Positions 1 to 11,480 of a stretch of 64,000 nucleotides of DNA are shown in pieces. The DNA lies in contig OY761556.1 in NCBI GenBank assembly GCA_963664705.1, forward strand, positions 3,360,001 to 3,424,000. Reading direction: 5' to 3'. Every line of letters begins with the position of its first letter. Position 1 is the first letter of the stretch. The DNA comes from Acidobacteriota bacterium. GTDB taxonomy: Bacteria; Acidobacteriota; UBA6911. A model generated the notes under the pieces. That model saw only the letters and a list, made by a program, of their open reading frames with translations, was not told the origin of the DNA and did not search any database. A program made the position numbers and the translations under genes.

Positions 1-1
1 G

Positions 2-367
2 GGTTTTGAAGCGGCCGTTCAGCAGGCACGGGAGTCGCTGAAATCCGAAGGCTTTGGCGTGCTCTGCGAAATCAACATCAAAGACAAGCTCAAGGAAAAG
101 CTTGGAGTCGATTTTTCAGACTACATCATCCTGGGTGCCTGCAATCCTCCGCTCGCCTATGGCGCCTTGCAGCAGGAGATCAATATAGGATTGCTTCTTC
201 CGTGCAATGTCATCGTCTATGAAAAAGAGGGAAAGACATTCGTAGCAGCCGTGGATGCTGCGAAGATGCTCTCGGTTGTGGGGAATGCAGCCCTGGAATC
301 CACTGCTCAACAAGTAAATGAAAAACTGCGGAAAGTTGTCGATAATATCGGAAGGAAAGGAGCATGA
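2..367 (+). CDS. DUF302 domain protein (5'-partial)
   Basis: The frame is open from the window edge: [23 protein letters not shown]...[12 protein letters not shown]...[13 protein letters not shown], the typical DUF302 motifs. Confidence 0.9.
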   Translation, partial: GFEAAVQQARESLKSEGFGVLCEINIKDKLKEKLGVDFSDYIILGACNPPLAYGALQQEINIGLLLPCNVIVYEKEGKTFVAAVDAAKMLSVVGNAALESTAQQVNEKLRKVVDNIGRKGA

Positions 368-510
368 AAATGCCCGGCTGGCTGATTTTTCTCCTGATCT
401 TTGCAGGATACCTGGCACTGATGAAATGGATTCTACCCGCAGCGGGAATTCGGACCTGAATGTCCGAGTCCTGCAGCGTCGAGTCTCGGCGCGATACCGA
501 AAAGAAATAA
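364..510 (+). CDS. Candidate small membrane selenoprotein (in-frame TGA at 457-459); a 31 aa peptide if TGA is a stop
   Basis: ATG364 overlaps the DUF302 stop (ATGA) and ATG370 has AGGAG 7 nt upstream. Translation is [31 protein letters not shown]-[TGA][19 protein letters not shown], followed directly by a terminator. Confidence 0.6.
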
Positions 511-525
511 TGCGACTTGGGTAAG

Positions 526-565
526 AAAAAAGGCTCAGTGATTTTTAGCTCACTGAGCCTTTTTG
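526..565. terminator. Bidirectional intrinsic terminator
   Basis: AAAAAAGGCTCAGTG-loop-CACTGAGCCTTTTT between the convergent small ORF and tRNA-Leu. Confidence 0.85.
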
Positions 566-585
566 TTTTTGAGAATAAGTGCGAA

Positions 586-670
586 TGGTGCCGAAGGGGG
601 GACTCGAACCCCCACGAGTTTCCTCACCACCCCCTCAAGATGGCGTGTCTGCCAATTCCACCACTTCGGC
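586..670 (-). tRNA. tRNA-Leu(GAG)
   Basis: Reverse complement GCCGAAGTGGTGGAATTGGCAGACACGCCATCTTGAGGGGGTGG...GGTTCGAGTCCCCCCTTCGGCACCA: anticodon GAG, long variable arm, encoded CCA. It lies downstream of secG, as leuU does. Confidence 0.96.
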
Positions 671-746
671 ATTTATACGGAGTCGTCTGAAAACGACCGA
701 CGTAACTCTACGGGACAGGAACCCGAAAATCTACTGTTTTTTGCTG

Positions 747-1199
747 CTATTTTCCAGGTTTCGGCTGGGCTGACGTCGGAGCAGGCTGAGGAGCCGGAGC
801 CGGCGGCGTCGGCTGCTGTTTCTGCTTCAATTCTTCCAATTTCTGGTTGATCTGTTCCGGAGTCGGAGTTGCGACCGGCGCGCTCTTAGTCGCTTCAGGA
901 GCAGCCTTTTTCACAGGAGCCGCACTATGCTGCTTAGTCGTCTCCAAAACCGATTTGGACTCCGTTTTGGTCGTAATCAGGGACAGCCCAATACTGGTCA
1001 GCATGAAGACTATGGCTGCGGCTGTGGTCATTTTCGACAAAAAGGAAGCTGGACCGCGGCTGCCGAATGCAGTTTGGGTAGATCCTCCGCCGAAGGCACC
1101 GGCGAGATCCGCGCCCTTTCCAGACTGAAGCAGCACAACCAACACCAGTATGACGCAGACAATAACGTGCAGCGTTGCAATAGCGTAGTAAAGAAGCAT
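747..1199 (-). CDS. secG: Preprotein translocase subunit SecG with Pro/Ala/Lys-rich tail
   Basis: LVVLLQSGKGADLAGAFGGGSTQTAFGSRG motif, two TM helices, downstream of tpiA. Confidence 0.95.
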   Translation of the reverse strand: MLLYYAIATLHVIVCVILVLVVLLQSGKGADLAGAFGGGSTQTAFGSRGPASFLSKMTTAAAIVFMLTSIGLSLITTKTESKSVLETTKQHSAAPVKKAAPEATKSAPVATPTPEQINQKLEELKQKQQPTPPAPAPQPAPTSAQPKPGK

Positions 1200-1229
1200 A
1201 TAAGTTTGGAACCTACTTTCCGCCGGCCT

Positions 1230-1994
1230 TCAGGATTTGAAATGAATTATGCGCAGGAAGCTTTCGGCTTCCAGGCACGCTCCACCAACCAGTGCGCCGT
1301 CGATATCCGGCTGCCGCATCAACGCGTCAATATTGTCCGGTTTGACGCTGCCGCCATATAAAATGCGAACTTCCTGCGCTGCATCCCCATAGTTTTCGGA
1401 AAGCCAGTCGCGAATCATTCCGTGCATTTCCTGGGCTATTTCGGGGGATGCCGTCCGACCGGTACCAATTGCCCACACCGGTTCGTAGGCGAGAATAATA
1501 CGCAAGAGACCCCCATGTGTCAAGCCATCCAGTCCGCCTGCAAGTTGTTTCGCCACTACAGTATGATGCTTTCCGGATTCTCGTTCGGCTAAAGTCTCCC
1601 CAATGCAGACGATAGGCTGCAGGGTGGAATCGAGCACAGCGCGCACCCTGCGGTTCACGGTTGCATCGGTTTCCCCAAAATATTGTCGCCGCTCTGAATG
1701 CCCGATAACAACCATCCCACAGCCTGAATCCTCCAGCATGGGAAGGCTGATCTCGCCGGTAAACGCACCCTTGGATTCCCAATGTACATTCTGGCCGGCA
1801 AGAACAATCGGGCTCCCCTCGATGGCTTCGCGAACCGCGGCCAGCGCGGTAAACGGCGGGGCCATCACTACCTGACAGGCCGTCCCCTGCCCGACTCCAT
1901 CCCTAATTGCGCGCGCAAGGGCCCGAGCATCGCCAATTGTCTTGTGCATCTTCCAGTTTCCGGCGATCACTGGAGTTCTCTTCGTGTTGCTCAA
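1230..1994 (-). CDS. tpiA: Triosephosphate isomerase
   Basis: AGNWKM, GHSERR, AYEPVWAIGTG, YGGSV and LVGGA motifs. Probable TTG start at 1994 after AAGGATGG. Confidence 0.97.
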   Translation of the reverse strand: MSNTKRTPVIAGNWKMHKTIGDARALARAIRDGVGQGTACQVVMAPPFTALAAVREAIEGSPIVLAGQNVHWESKGAFTGEISLPMLEDSGCGMVVIGHSERRQYFGETDATVNRRVRAVLDSTLQPIVCIGETLAERESGKHHTVVAKQLAGGLDGLTHGGLLRIILAYEPVWAIGTGRTASPEIAQEMHGMIRDWLSENYGDAAQEVRILYGGSVKPDNIDALMRQPDIDGALVGGACLEAESFLRIIHFKS

Positions 1995-2067
1995 TTTTTG
2001 GCCATCCTTTGTTACGGATGCCGAGGCGGGTGAAATCCTGCACCGGCATCCCATTTCCTGCATTGCC

Positions 2068-3243
2068 CTATTTTTCCGTAAGCGCGGCCACACCCGGCAG
2101 AACTTGTCCGGCCAGGAATTCCAGAGATGCTCCGCCTCCGGTTGAGATATGTGTAATGCGATCGGCAAGGCCCGCCTTGGCTACCGCGGCAGCAGAATCC
2201 CCGCCACCGATGATGGATACAGCGTGGGAATCGGCCACCGCCTTGGCGACACCGATGGTCCCTGAAGCGAAAGCATCCTTTTCAAATACCCCCATCGGAC
2301 CGTTCCAGACGATTGTTTTTGCCGCGCGAATGACTGCGGAATAGTCCGCCACCGTTCTGGGGCCGATGTCCAATCCCATTTGCCCCTCAGGAATCTCTCC
2401 GGAAGGAACCACATGCGCCGATTGTTCATCCTCAATCCCCGTGGATGCTACGGCATCCGACGGCAGTGACATATGGGATTGACTTCGGGCAAGCAAGTCG
2501 CGCGCAAGGCCGAGCTTATCCTCTTCGCACAGTGACTTGCCGATGCTTTTCCCCTGCCCCCTCAGGAACGTGAACATCATCGCTCCGCCAATCAGCAGCT
2601 GATCCACCTTCCCCAGCAGATTTTCGATGACCTCAATCTTGTCGGAAATCTTGGCTCCGCCGAGTATGGCTACAAACGGCCGCTGCGGCGCTTCCAGGGC
2701 GCCGCCCAGATAGCGCAGCTCCTTTTCCATCAGGAAGCCCGCCGCGGACTGCTTCACAAAACGCGTAATGCCTTCGGTGGATGCATGCGCCCGGTGCGCG
2801 CTCCCAAATGCGTCATTCACATAAATGGGAGTCAAGGCAGCCAACTGCCTGGCAAACCCGGGATCATTCGCCTCTTCCTCCGCATGGAATCGGAGGTTTT
2901 CAAGAAGAACGACATCCCCGGGTTGGGCTGCCGCAATAACGCTCTCGGCTTCCGGCCCAATACAGTCTTTTGCAAATTGGACTTTCTTGCCCAATAACGC
3001 TGATAATCGTTCGGCCACGGGGGCCAGGGAATACTCCGGTTTCGGCTTGCCTTTGGGCCGGCCCAGGTGCGAAGCCAAAACCAGAACAGCTCCTTGCTCG
3101 ATGCCGTATCGGATAGTCGGAAGCGCTTCTCGAATCCGCAGGTCATCGGTTACCTTCGAGTCTTTGATCGGGACGTTGAAGTCCACTCGTACAAAAACCC
3201 GTTTCCCCTGCAAATCCAAATCCTGAATCGTCAGTTTTGCCAT
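2068..3243 (-). CDS. pgk: Phosphoglycerate kinase
   Basis: [29 protein letters not shown] and STGGGASLE motifs. Confidence 0.98.
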   Translation of the reverse strand: MAKLTIQDLDLQGKRVFVRVDFNVPIKDSKVTDDLRIREALPTIRYGIEQGAVLVLASHLGRPKGKPKPEYSLAPVAERLSALLGKKVQFAKDCIGPEAESVIAAAQPGDVVLLENLRFHAEEEANDPGFARQLAALTPIYVNDAFGSAHRAHASTEGITRFVKQSAAGFLMEKELRYLGGALEAPQRPFVAILGGAKISDKIEVIENLLGKVDQLLIGGAMMFTFLRGQGKSIGKSLCEEDKLGLARDLLARSQSHMSLPSDAVASTGIEDEQSAHVVPSGEIPEGQMGLDIGPRTVADYSAVIRAAKTIVWNGPMGVFEKDAFASGTIGVAKAVADSHAVSIIGGGDSAAAVAKAGLADRITHISTGGGASLEFLAGQVLPGVAALTEK

Positions 3244-3257
3244 CGGTTATCCCTCGC

Positions 3258-4256
3258 TTACTTTTCGCCGACAATCTTTACGATATCGCGCAGCCTGCAG
3301 GAATAACCCCATTCGTTGTCATACCACGCCAGGGTCTTGACGAGGTTGCCGTTGACCTTTGTCTCCATCGCATCCACGGTGCCCGAAACCGAGCTCTGCA
3401 TGTAGTCGCTCGAAACCAGCGGCTCCTCGGAATATCCAAGAATGCCTTTCAATGCGCCTTCGGACGCTTCCTTCAAGGCTTTATTGACGTCTTCCACAGT
3501 AACCTTTGCTTTAACGACGGTGACCAGGTCCACAAGCGAGACATTCGGAGTAGGAACGCGGATTGCAAGTCCATCCAGCTTTCCCTTCAGCCTCGGCAGC
3601 ACCAGTCCAATAGCCTTTGCGGCTCCGGTGGTACTCGGAACCATATTGATTGCGGCCGCACGGGCACGGCGAAGATCCTTATGAGGCAGGTCCAGAAGAT
3701 TCTGATCATTCGTGTAGCTGTGAATCGTCGTCATGAAACCCGATTCGATCTCGAATTTTTCATCAAGCACTTTGGCCAGAGGAGCCAGACAGTTGGTTGT
3801 GCAGGATGCATTTGAAATGACGTGGTGTTTCGCGGGATCGTAATCGTTCATGTTGACACCGACGCAGAAGGTCCCATCCACGTTTTTGCCCGGCGCCGAA
3901 ATCACCACTTTCTTTACGGTACCCTGTAAATGAGCCTTGGCCTTTTCCCCTTCCGTAAACAGTCCGGTCGATTCGACAACAACCTGAGCGCCCAGTGAAC
4001 TCCAATCCAGCTTTGCCGGATCCTTTTCACTGAAAATTCTGATCTCCTTGCCATTCACCAGGAGATTTCCGGCTTTGAGTTCCACCGTCCCATCAAATCG
4101 TCCCAAAACGGAGTCATATTTCAGCAGGTGGGCCAGAACCTCCGGCTTGGTAATATCATTAATGCCGACGATCTCGAGCTTTGGATCGTTCATGGAGCAT
4201 CGGACGAAATTCCTGCCGATCCTACCGAATCCGTTAATGGCGACTTTGATTGTCAT
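3258..4256 (-). CDS. gap: Glyceraldehyde-3-phosphate dehydrogenase type I
   Basis: INGFGRIGR, ASCTTNCL and WYDNEWGYS motifs. Confidence 0.98.
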   Translation of the reverse strand: MTIKVAINGFGRIGRNFVRCSMNDPKLEIVGINDITKPEVLAHLLKYDSVLGRFDGTVELKAGNLLVNGKEIRIFSEKDPAKLDWSSLGAQVVVESTGLFTEGEKAKAHLQGTVKKVVISAPGKNVDGTFCVGVNMNDYDPAKHHVISNASCTTNCLAPLAKVLDEKFEIESGFMTTIHSYTNDQNLLDLPHKDLRRARAAAINMVPSTTGAAKAIGLVLPRLKGKLDGLAIRVPTPNVSLVDLVTVVKAKVTVEDVNKALKEASEGALKGILGYSEEPLVSSDYMQSSVSGTVDAMETKVNGNLVKTLAWYDNEWGYSCRLRDIVKIVGEK

Positions 4257-4343
4257 GATGTGTGTTCCTCCATTTTATGGTCTTAAAAAAATTCCCGTTA
4301 CAACCTTCATTCGCGATAAGCCAGGCTGGAGAAGGTAAGAGAA

Positions 4344-4391
4344 AATAGCCCCGGGCGTGAATCCATCTCGGGCTCAACGCCCGGGGCTATT
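4344..4391. repeat. Perfect 15-bp inverted repeat upstream of gap
   Basis: AATAGCCCCGGGCGT...ACGCCCGGGGCTATT. Confidence 0.8.
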
Positions 4392-4654
4392 CTCTATTGC
4401 CTTTTCGGCAGATCAGGCCCAAACAAATAGTTCACAGCAGAAGCTAAATCTTACGCCTTATTGGGGGTACTGCCAAAAGATTCTAGGGGGGAAATAGTGT
4501 TTGTTCCTCCACGCATACTCATCTGTACCTTTCAGTATACGTGGAGGATGAGGCCGACAGCAAGATGGCGCTCAAGCAGCATGCCTGTCTCAAAGACTCG
4601 AAAAGCCTGAATGCGAACGCGAAACAACGAACGGCTTACGGTATACTGCGAGCC

Positions 4655-5890
4655 ATGACGCACACGATTGATTCCACGCTGTCGCGAGCCCGGTCTATTG
4701 CCTCGCAATTCGATCTTCCGGATCCTATTGAAATCCAGGACTTCCCGGAAAAAGGCAACATCAATCAAAACACCTACCTCGTCACAGCCGGCCGGCAAAA
4801 ATCGGAATATCTCCTCCAGATGCTGAATCCCGATGTTTTCACCCAGCCCCACACGGTCATGAAAGGGATGGCTGCATGTATCCAGGCTCAGCGGGCGGCA
4901 CAAAAGGCAGGAGTACTCGGAGATGCCGAATGGGAGACAATTCGCCTCATTCAGACCAGGGATGGGAAAGACTTCCTGGACGTCAGCGGTGTCGGCGGCA
5001 GTGAATGCTGGCGCATGATGACCAGGATTCTTCAGGCACGCACCTACAAGAATCTACATCAGATTCCGGATGCACATGCGCGTCTGCAGATAGCAGAAGA
5101 GGCAGGGCGCGGACTTGCCCTCTTTGGAAACCTGACGGCAAACATGGATATCTCCGAGGTTGAGATTCCGCTGCCCGGTTACAGGAATACGGAACTATAC
5201 TATAACCAGTTGTTGTCCGTCCTGGCTGAGTGCCGCACGCATCAGGAAGCCGAACCCTACCTTCCCTCGGATCCGCTGCTTCGCGCGAGCACACAACATC
5301 ACTTCCTGGTCCACATTGACTCCGCGGAATATCATCGACGGCAAAATGATTCCGATCTGCGCGCATGCATCGACCTGGCACTCGAGCAACAATCATTTGG
5401 ACTGACATTGGCCCATAAACTGAAATCAGGTGAATTGAAGCAGGTTGTGGTTCACGGGGACACCAAGCTCGATAATTTTCTTTTCAGCATGCAGACAGGG
5501 AAGGTCAAATCCCTTGTTGATCTGGATACGATTATGCCGCACACCTGGCTGAGCGATTGGGGCGACATGGTGCGGTCGCTCGTGAATGTGGCCGGGGAAA
5601 GAGAGCCGGATCTGGAAAAGATATCCGTAGAGCGACCCATTCTGGAAGCGCTTGCCAAAGGGTTCCTACAATCAACAAAGATCAGCAGGCCGCGCGAGCT
5701 TCAGCTTATGGGGGATGCTCCCCGAGTGATGGCTCTTGAGTTGGGCGTACGATTTCTGGCCGATTACCTTCGGGGAGACACCTATTTTGCGTTAAGAGAG
5801 GGGGAGCCAAGAGATCTGAACAAGATACGGGCAAGAGTTCAGTTTCGACTCTTCGAACGCATGCTCGACCACACCGACCTGTTCCGTTAG
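4655..5890 (+). CDS. APH-fold phosphotransferase, N-acetylhexosamine 1-kinase (NahK)-like
   Basis: GNINQNTY, HGDTKLDNFLF, LVDLDTIMP and RFLADYLRGDTYF motifs. Start uncertain (ORF is open from 4541). Confidence 0.75.
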   Translation: MTHTIDSTLSRARSIASQFDLPDPIEIQDFPEKGNINQNTYLVTAGRQKSEYLLQMLNPDVFTQPHTVMKGMAACIQAQRAAQKAGVLGDAEWETIRLIQTRDGKDFLDVSGVGGSECWRMMTRILQARTYKNLHQIPDAHARLQIAEEAGRGLALFGNLTANMDISEVEIPLPGYRNTELYYNQLLSVLAECRTHQEAEPYLPSDPLLRASTQHHFLVHIDSAEYHRRQNDSDLRACIDLALEQQSFGLTLAHKLKSGELKQVVVHGDTKLDNFLFSMQTGKVKSLVDLDTIMPHTWLSDWGDMVRSLVNVAGEREPDLEKISVERPILEALAKGFLQSTKISRPRELQLMGDAPRVMALELGVRFLADYLRGDTYFALREGEPRDLNKIRARVQFRLFERMLDHTDLFR

Positions 5891-5892
5891 GC

Positions 5893-5944
5893 TCGTGGAA
5901 TTCGCGGCCAATTTGAATCGCTTTTCTGGCCACGAATTCCACGA
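5893..5944. terminator. Inverted repeat between convergent genes (terminator or REP-like)
   Basis: TCGTGGAATTCGCGGCCA...TGGCCACGAATTCCACGA. Confidence 0.65.
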
Positions 5945-5970
5945 AATTTCAAAGTGCAGGCTACCGCAGA

Positions 5971-7602
<1,632 letters not shown>

Positions 7603-7768
7603 CTAATTTAGAAGGAGCTATTTAATACCTGTGAGTGGCTGTGTCAAGCCTTCAGGAATATATCCGCGAATTTGTGGCACACGACGCTCCGAACCGGGTA
7701 ATACCATCCCGCGCCGCTTTTTTTTGATCCTTTTTGATGAAAAGGTGTACAAACTAAGGGCTGCGAAT

Positions 7769-10036
7769 ATGCCGGTTCTATCTCAGGAGATGCTTGTGCG
7801 TTTTTTATTCAGGACTGCCAATTGCCGACTGCCGATTTTCCTGGCCATTATTGCAGCCGTTTTCATCCCACCATCGCCGGTCAAGGCGGCTCAAGTTCAG
7901 GATCCGAAATTGCAGGATCAGGTACGCACACTCATCCCATATAGAGATGGAACCGTCACGCTAACCTCGGATTTCCAGGACAGCATCGCAAAAACGCGAT
8001 ACCAGGCAAGAGGGCATGTTGAGATTTCCTTCCAGGACTTTATGGTTTCGGGAGATGAGGCCCAGTATGATGCGGATTCGCGGCAAGGTTCAATCACGGG
8101 CAAGGTCCGGTTTAGCCAGAAGGAGCAATGGCTGACCTGTTCCCGGGCAGAATTCAATTTCACAACGCGAACAGGAGTCTTTTACAATGCATCCGGGTAC
8201 ACCGATCGACAGTTCTCGATTTCCGGGCGAACAATTCTGAAGACCGGCGATGACACCTATAGAATTGAGGACGGCCTCGTTACCGCCTGTCTCGAAAAGA
8301 AACCCAAATGGAGCTTTGGCGCTGCACGCACAAACGTGCGCGTGGATCACACAGCCAGCCTGCACAATACAACCTTCAGGATAAAGGGCATCCCGGTTTT
8401 TTATTTTCCTTACATGGTCATGCCTCTGGAAAAGAAGGAGCGCAACAGTGGCTTCGTTCCCTTTCACACAGGCAACTCGACTTCCAAGGGAAGGCTGATC
8501 AGCGAGGGCTGGTATCAGACACTCGGAAGAAGCGCCGACATGCTGATCTATGGCGACTATTTCACGCTGAGGGGACTTGCCGTGGGTGGGTTCTTTCGCG
8601 CCAGGCCAAACCCGGAAACGAGATTTAGCCTGCAGGCTTATGGCATCCGGGACAAGCTGGATCAGGGCGGCGTGCAATTATCGGTCGACGGCGAATCCCA
8701 ATTGAAAGACGACTGGCGTGCAGTCGCCAAGATCAACATCACATCCAACTTCAGGTTTCGACAGGCTTTTGCGGAGGATTTCAGGTCCGCAACCGTTCCC
8801 CTGGAAAAGGCAACCGCCTTCCTCACCAGGAATCATGGCAGCCTGAGCACCAATATCGCATTTGAACGCCAGGAGGTTTTATTCCCCGAGCATTCAATGA
8901 TCGTGAGAAAACTTCCTTCCCTGGAATTCAGCTCGCTGGGAGCGTCCCTGGGACGGTCGCCGTTTACCCTAAGCTTCAGGACTTCGCTGGACGGAATATA
9001 CCGCGTGGACAACACGCTGCAGACGCCACAATTGGTTCAGCGCCTTGATTTTTTTCCGAGCTTGTCGGTCCGCCTTCCCTCGTTTTTGGGTTTTTCGCTC
9101 ATTCCAACCATGAGCTTGCGGGAAACATACTACGGGGCGCGGCTGTCAGATGATTCCCCTTCCGGGGTAGCAAACGAGGGTTTGCACAGACGTTATGCCG
9201 AGCTGGGTGTCGAGTTGCGAACGCCTGTCATCGAAGGGAGTTTCTCCGCACCCTGGTTCGGTGAAATGCAGCATGACGTCGAGCCCTACGCCCGCTACAG
9301 GCGGATAACCGGAATCGACAATTTTGACAAGATCATTCGGTTTGATGAACAGGATGCCATTGCCAACACGAATGAAATCGAGGTGGGAGTCATAAACCGC
9401 TTTTCAAGGAATCGGGCTGCAGCCGACGGTCACCGCGAGAATCACGAATTCATGGCCTTTGGATTGATTCAGAAATTTTACTTTGACCCCACATTTGGAG
9501 GCGCATTCCGCGAAGGTCGCGTCAACGCGTTCTACCCCCTGGACACAGTCACGGGCTTTTACCAGACGGAGACATCGAGCTCACGATCACCCCTCAGCGC
9601 CGTATTTCAACTGTCGCCGCGCAACGGAATTCACAATGATGTCCGCGTGGACTACGATACCAGGCTTCAGCGTTGGCGAAATGAAATCCTTTCCATTTCC
9701 TGGTCACAAAAAGATTTTTCTCTCTCGGGCTCCTATTTCCGGACAAATATCCAGGAGGGAGGCGTGAATGCGAGCAATCATGTAACCGGACAGATTGGAT
9801 ATGGCGCGGCATCCCACGGCCTCTCCTCCAGCCTCACCGTCAGCTACAATCTGAAGACGGGGCAGCTCCTGAATAGCAACACGCGAGTAAATTACATGTG
9901 GAACTGCTGCGGCGTTGCCCTCGAATTCAATCAATATGATCTGGGCCTCCGGACAGAGTCCCGGATCAGTTTTTCCTTCACTCTAAAGGGGATTGGCAGT
10001 TTCGGAAACCTGAAACGCCCCGAGAGCATTTTCTGA
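7769..10036 (+). CDS. lptD: LPS-assembly protein LptD
   Basis: Signal peptide, OstA-like N-domain (TAC..P.W, KGIPVFYFPY, ERNSGF), beta-barrel with C-terminal NCCG...FSFTLKGIG. Start uncertain (7769/7790/7796). Confidence 0.88.
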   Translation: MPVLSQEMLVRFLFRTANCRLPIFLAIIAAVFIPPSPVKAAQVQDPKLQDQVRTLIPYRDGTVTLTSDFQDSIAKTRYQARGHVEISFQDFMVSGDEAQYDADSRQGSITGKVRFSQKEQWLTCSRAEFNFTTRTGVFYNASGYTDRQFSISGRTILKTGDDTYRIEDGLVTACLEKKPKWSFGAARTNVRVDHTASLHNTTFRIKGIPVFYFPYMVMPLEKKERNSGFVPFHTGNSTSKGRLISEGWYQTLGRSADMLIYGDYFTLRGLAVGGFFRARPNPETRFSLQAYGIRDKLDQGGVQLSVDGESQLKDDWRAVAKINITSNFRFRQAFAEDFRSATVPLEKATAFLTRNHGSLSTNIAFERQEVLFPEHSMIVRKLPSLEFSSLGASLGRSPFTLSFRTSLDGIYRVDNTLQTPQLVQRLDFFPSLSVRLPSFLGFSLIPTMSLRETYYGARLSDDSPSGVANEGLHRRYAELGVELRTPVIEGSFSAPWFGEMQHDVEPYARYRRITGIDNFDKIIRFDEQDAIANTNEIEVGVINRFSRNRAAADGHRENHEFMAFGLIQKFYFDPTFGGAFREGRVNAFYPLDTVTGFYQTETSSSRSPLSAVFQLSPRNGIHNDVRVDYDTRLQRWRNEILSISWSQKDFSLSGSYFRTNIQEGGVNASNHVTGQIGYGAASHGLSSSLTVSYNLKTGQLLNSNTRVNYMWNCCGVALEFNQYDLGLRTESRISFSFTLKGIGSFGNLKRPESIF

Positions 10037-10054
10037 GCACCTGAAGGAGACCAG

Positions 10055-10534
10055 ATGCAGACAGCTTACATCTCCGCCGGGTCCAACCTTGGCAATCGAA
10101 AAGAAAACCTGGAACTTGCCCTGCAATCCCTGTCCGAGCAGAATTCAATCCTCCTCGTTTCTTCTTTTTTTGAAACGGAACCCGTCGGTTACCTGGATCA
10201 GCCCTGGTTTCTGAATATTGCGATTGCGGTGGAAACGCGGTTCGCCCCTCTGGAATTGTTGCGCCAATGTCAGCACATCGAAAAATCGGGCGGCAGGGTG
10301 CGGACATTTCCGAATGCTCCTCGCACGCTGGACTTGGACATCCTGCTCATCGATACGCTCATAATGAAAGATCCGGAACTGATTATTCCCCATCCGCGGA
10401 TACAGGATCGCAAATTTGTGCTGCAGCCGCTCGCACAGATCGCTCCGGATCTGATCCACCCGGTTTTGCATAAATCCATTCGATCCCTTCTGTTGGATTG
10501 CACCGATCCGTCCGCCGTGCGATTGGTTGAATAA
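10055..10534 (+). CDS. folK: 2-amino-4-hydroxy-6-hydroxymethyldihydropteridine diphosphokinase
   Basis: GSNLG, ETEPVG, PRTLDLDIL and IPHPRI..R.FVL.PL motifs. Confidence 0.95.
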   Translation: MQTAYISAGSNLGNRKENLELALQSLSEQNSILLVSSFFETEPVGYLDQPWFLNIAIAVETRFAPLELLRQCQHIEKSGGRVRTFPNAPRTLDLDILLIDTLIMKDPELIIPHPRIQDRKFVLQPLAQIAPDLIHPVLHKSIRSLLLDCTDPSAVRLVE

Positions 10535-10595
10535 CTCCATCCCGAATCCTATGTTCTATTGAATCGTACCGGCACATTCCCGTATCATTCCACCA

Positions 10596-11432
10596 ATGGA
10601 AATAGTGAACAGGGTTTCGCGCATGGCCTCCATCACGGCCAAAACGCTTGTTACCGACGTTAAGATCGGCCTGGTTCCGACTGCCGGAGCCATTACCCCC
10701 GCGCATATCCGTTTGATCCAGGCTGCAAGAAGCATGGCGGATTTGACCATTGTCTCAATATTTGTAAACCGTCTCGAATTTGCCGGCGAGGAGGAATATG
10801 AGCAGTATCCGCGCGACATCACGGCCGATGTGGATATTCTTCGCCGGGAAAATGTGGACTTCGTCTTCGCCCCGAATGATGAGGAGATATACCCTCCCAA
10901 TTTCGCGACTTACGTAGAAGTTCAGAGATCGGGCAGCGAATTGGCCGGACTGCCGCCTTCCCTTTTCAAGGGGGTCGGGACAGGCGCCCTCAAAATACTC
11001 CACCTGACCAAGCCGGCATACAGCTTCTATAGCGAACATAATGCCCTGCGGGCGGCCATTTTGAGAAAAATGGTCCGCGACCTCAACATCAGCACGGAGG
11101 TTGTGATATCCCCCGCTGAACGCGCGACTTCGGGACTGGCCCACTCTGGAATGAATCGGCTTTTGAATGAAACCCAATTGGCCGCGGCGGTTGTCTTCTA
11201 TCGCAGCCTGCTGGCTGCCCAAAACGCAATAACGGCGGGAGAAACCAATTCCAAGAAGATCCTGGCCGAGCTATCCCGCGTTGTCGGAACAGAACCGCTC
11301 GCCAGACTGGAATATGCCGCCATTCTGGATCCGGACCAATTGGAACCGCCCTCCAAAATCCAGGGTCAGGTCCTCATTGCGGTTGGCGGCCGGATAGGTA
11401 ACGTCCCTCTGCACGATGCAATCCTCGTTTAA
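10596..11432 (+). CDS. panC: Pantothenate synthetase (PanC) homologue with degenerate active site
   Basis: PanC scaffold (IGLVPT.G, VSIFVN, YPRD, FAP..EEIYP, MVRDLN) with the catalytic motifs substituted; see findings. Confidence 0.8.
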   Translation: MEIVNRVSRMASITAKTLVTDVKIGLVPTAGAITPAHIRLIQAARSMADLTIVSIFVNRLEFAGEEEYEQYPRDITADVDILRRENVDFVFAPNDEEIYPPNFATYVEVQRSGSELAGLPPSLFKGVGTGALKILHLTKPAYSFYSEHNALRAAILRKMVRDLNISTEVVISPAERATSGLAHSGMNRLLNETQLAAAVVFYRSLLAAQNAITAGETNSKKILAELSRVVGTEPLARLEYAAILDPDQLEPPSKIQGQVLIAVGGRIGNVPLHDAILV

Positions 11433-11480
11433 TCCACGTTTTTGCAGCATCTAAATGGCCTTGATTAGTTTTTATATTTG

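Noticed and set aside
526-670. Genomic island integrated at tRNA-Leu
   Set aside because: No integrase and no duplicated tRNA 3' end visible; a terminator follows the tRNA directly.
4655-5890. Aminoglycoside resistance gene
   Set aside because: The motifs (DLDT.MP, RFL.DYL.GD.YF) fit NahK-like sugar kinases, and there is no mobile context.
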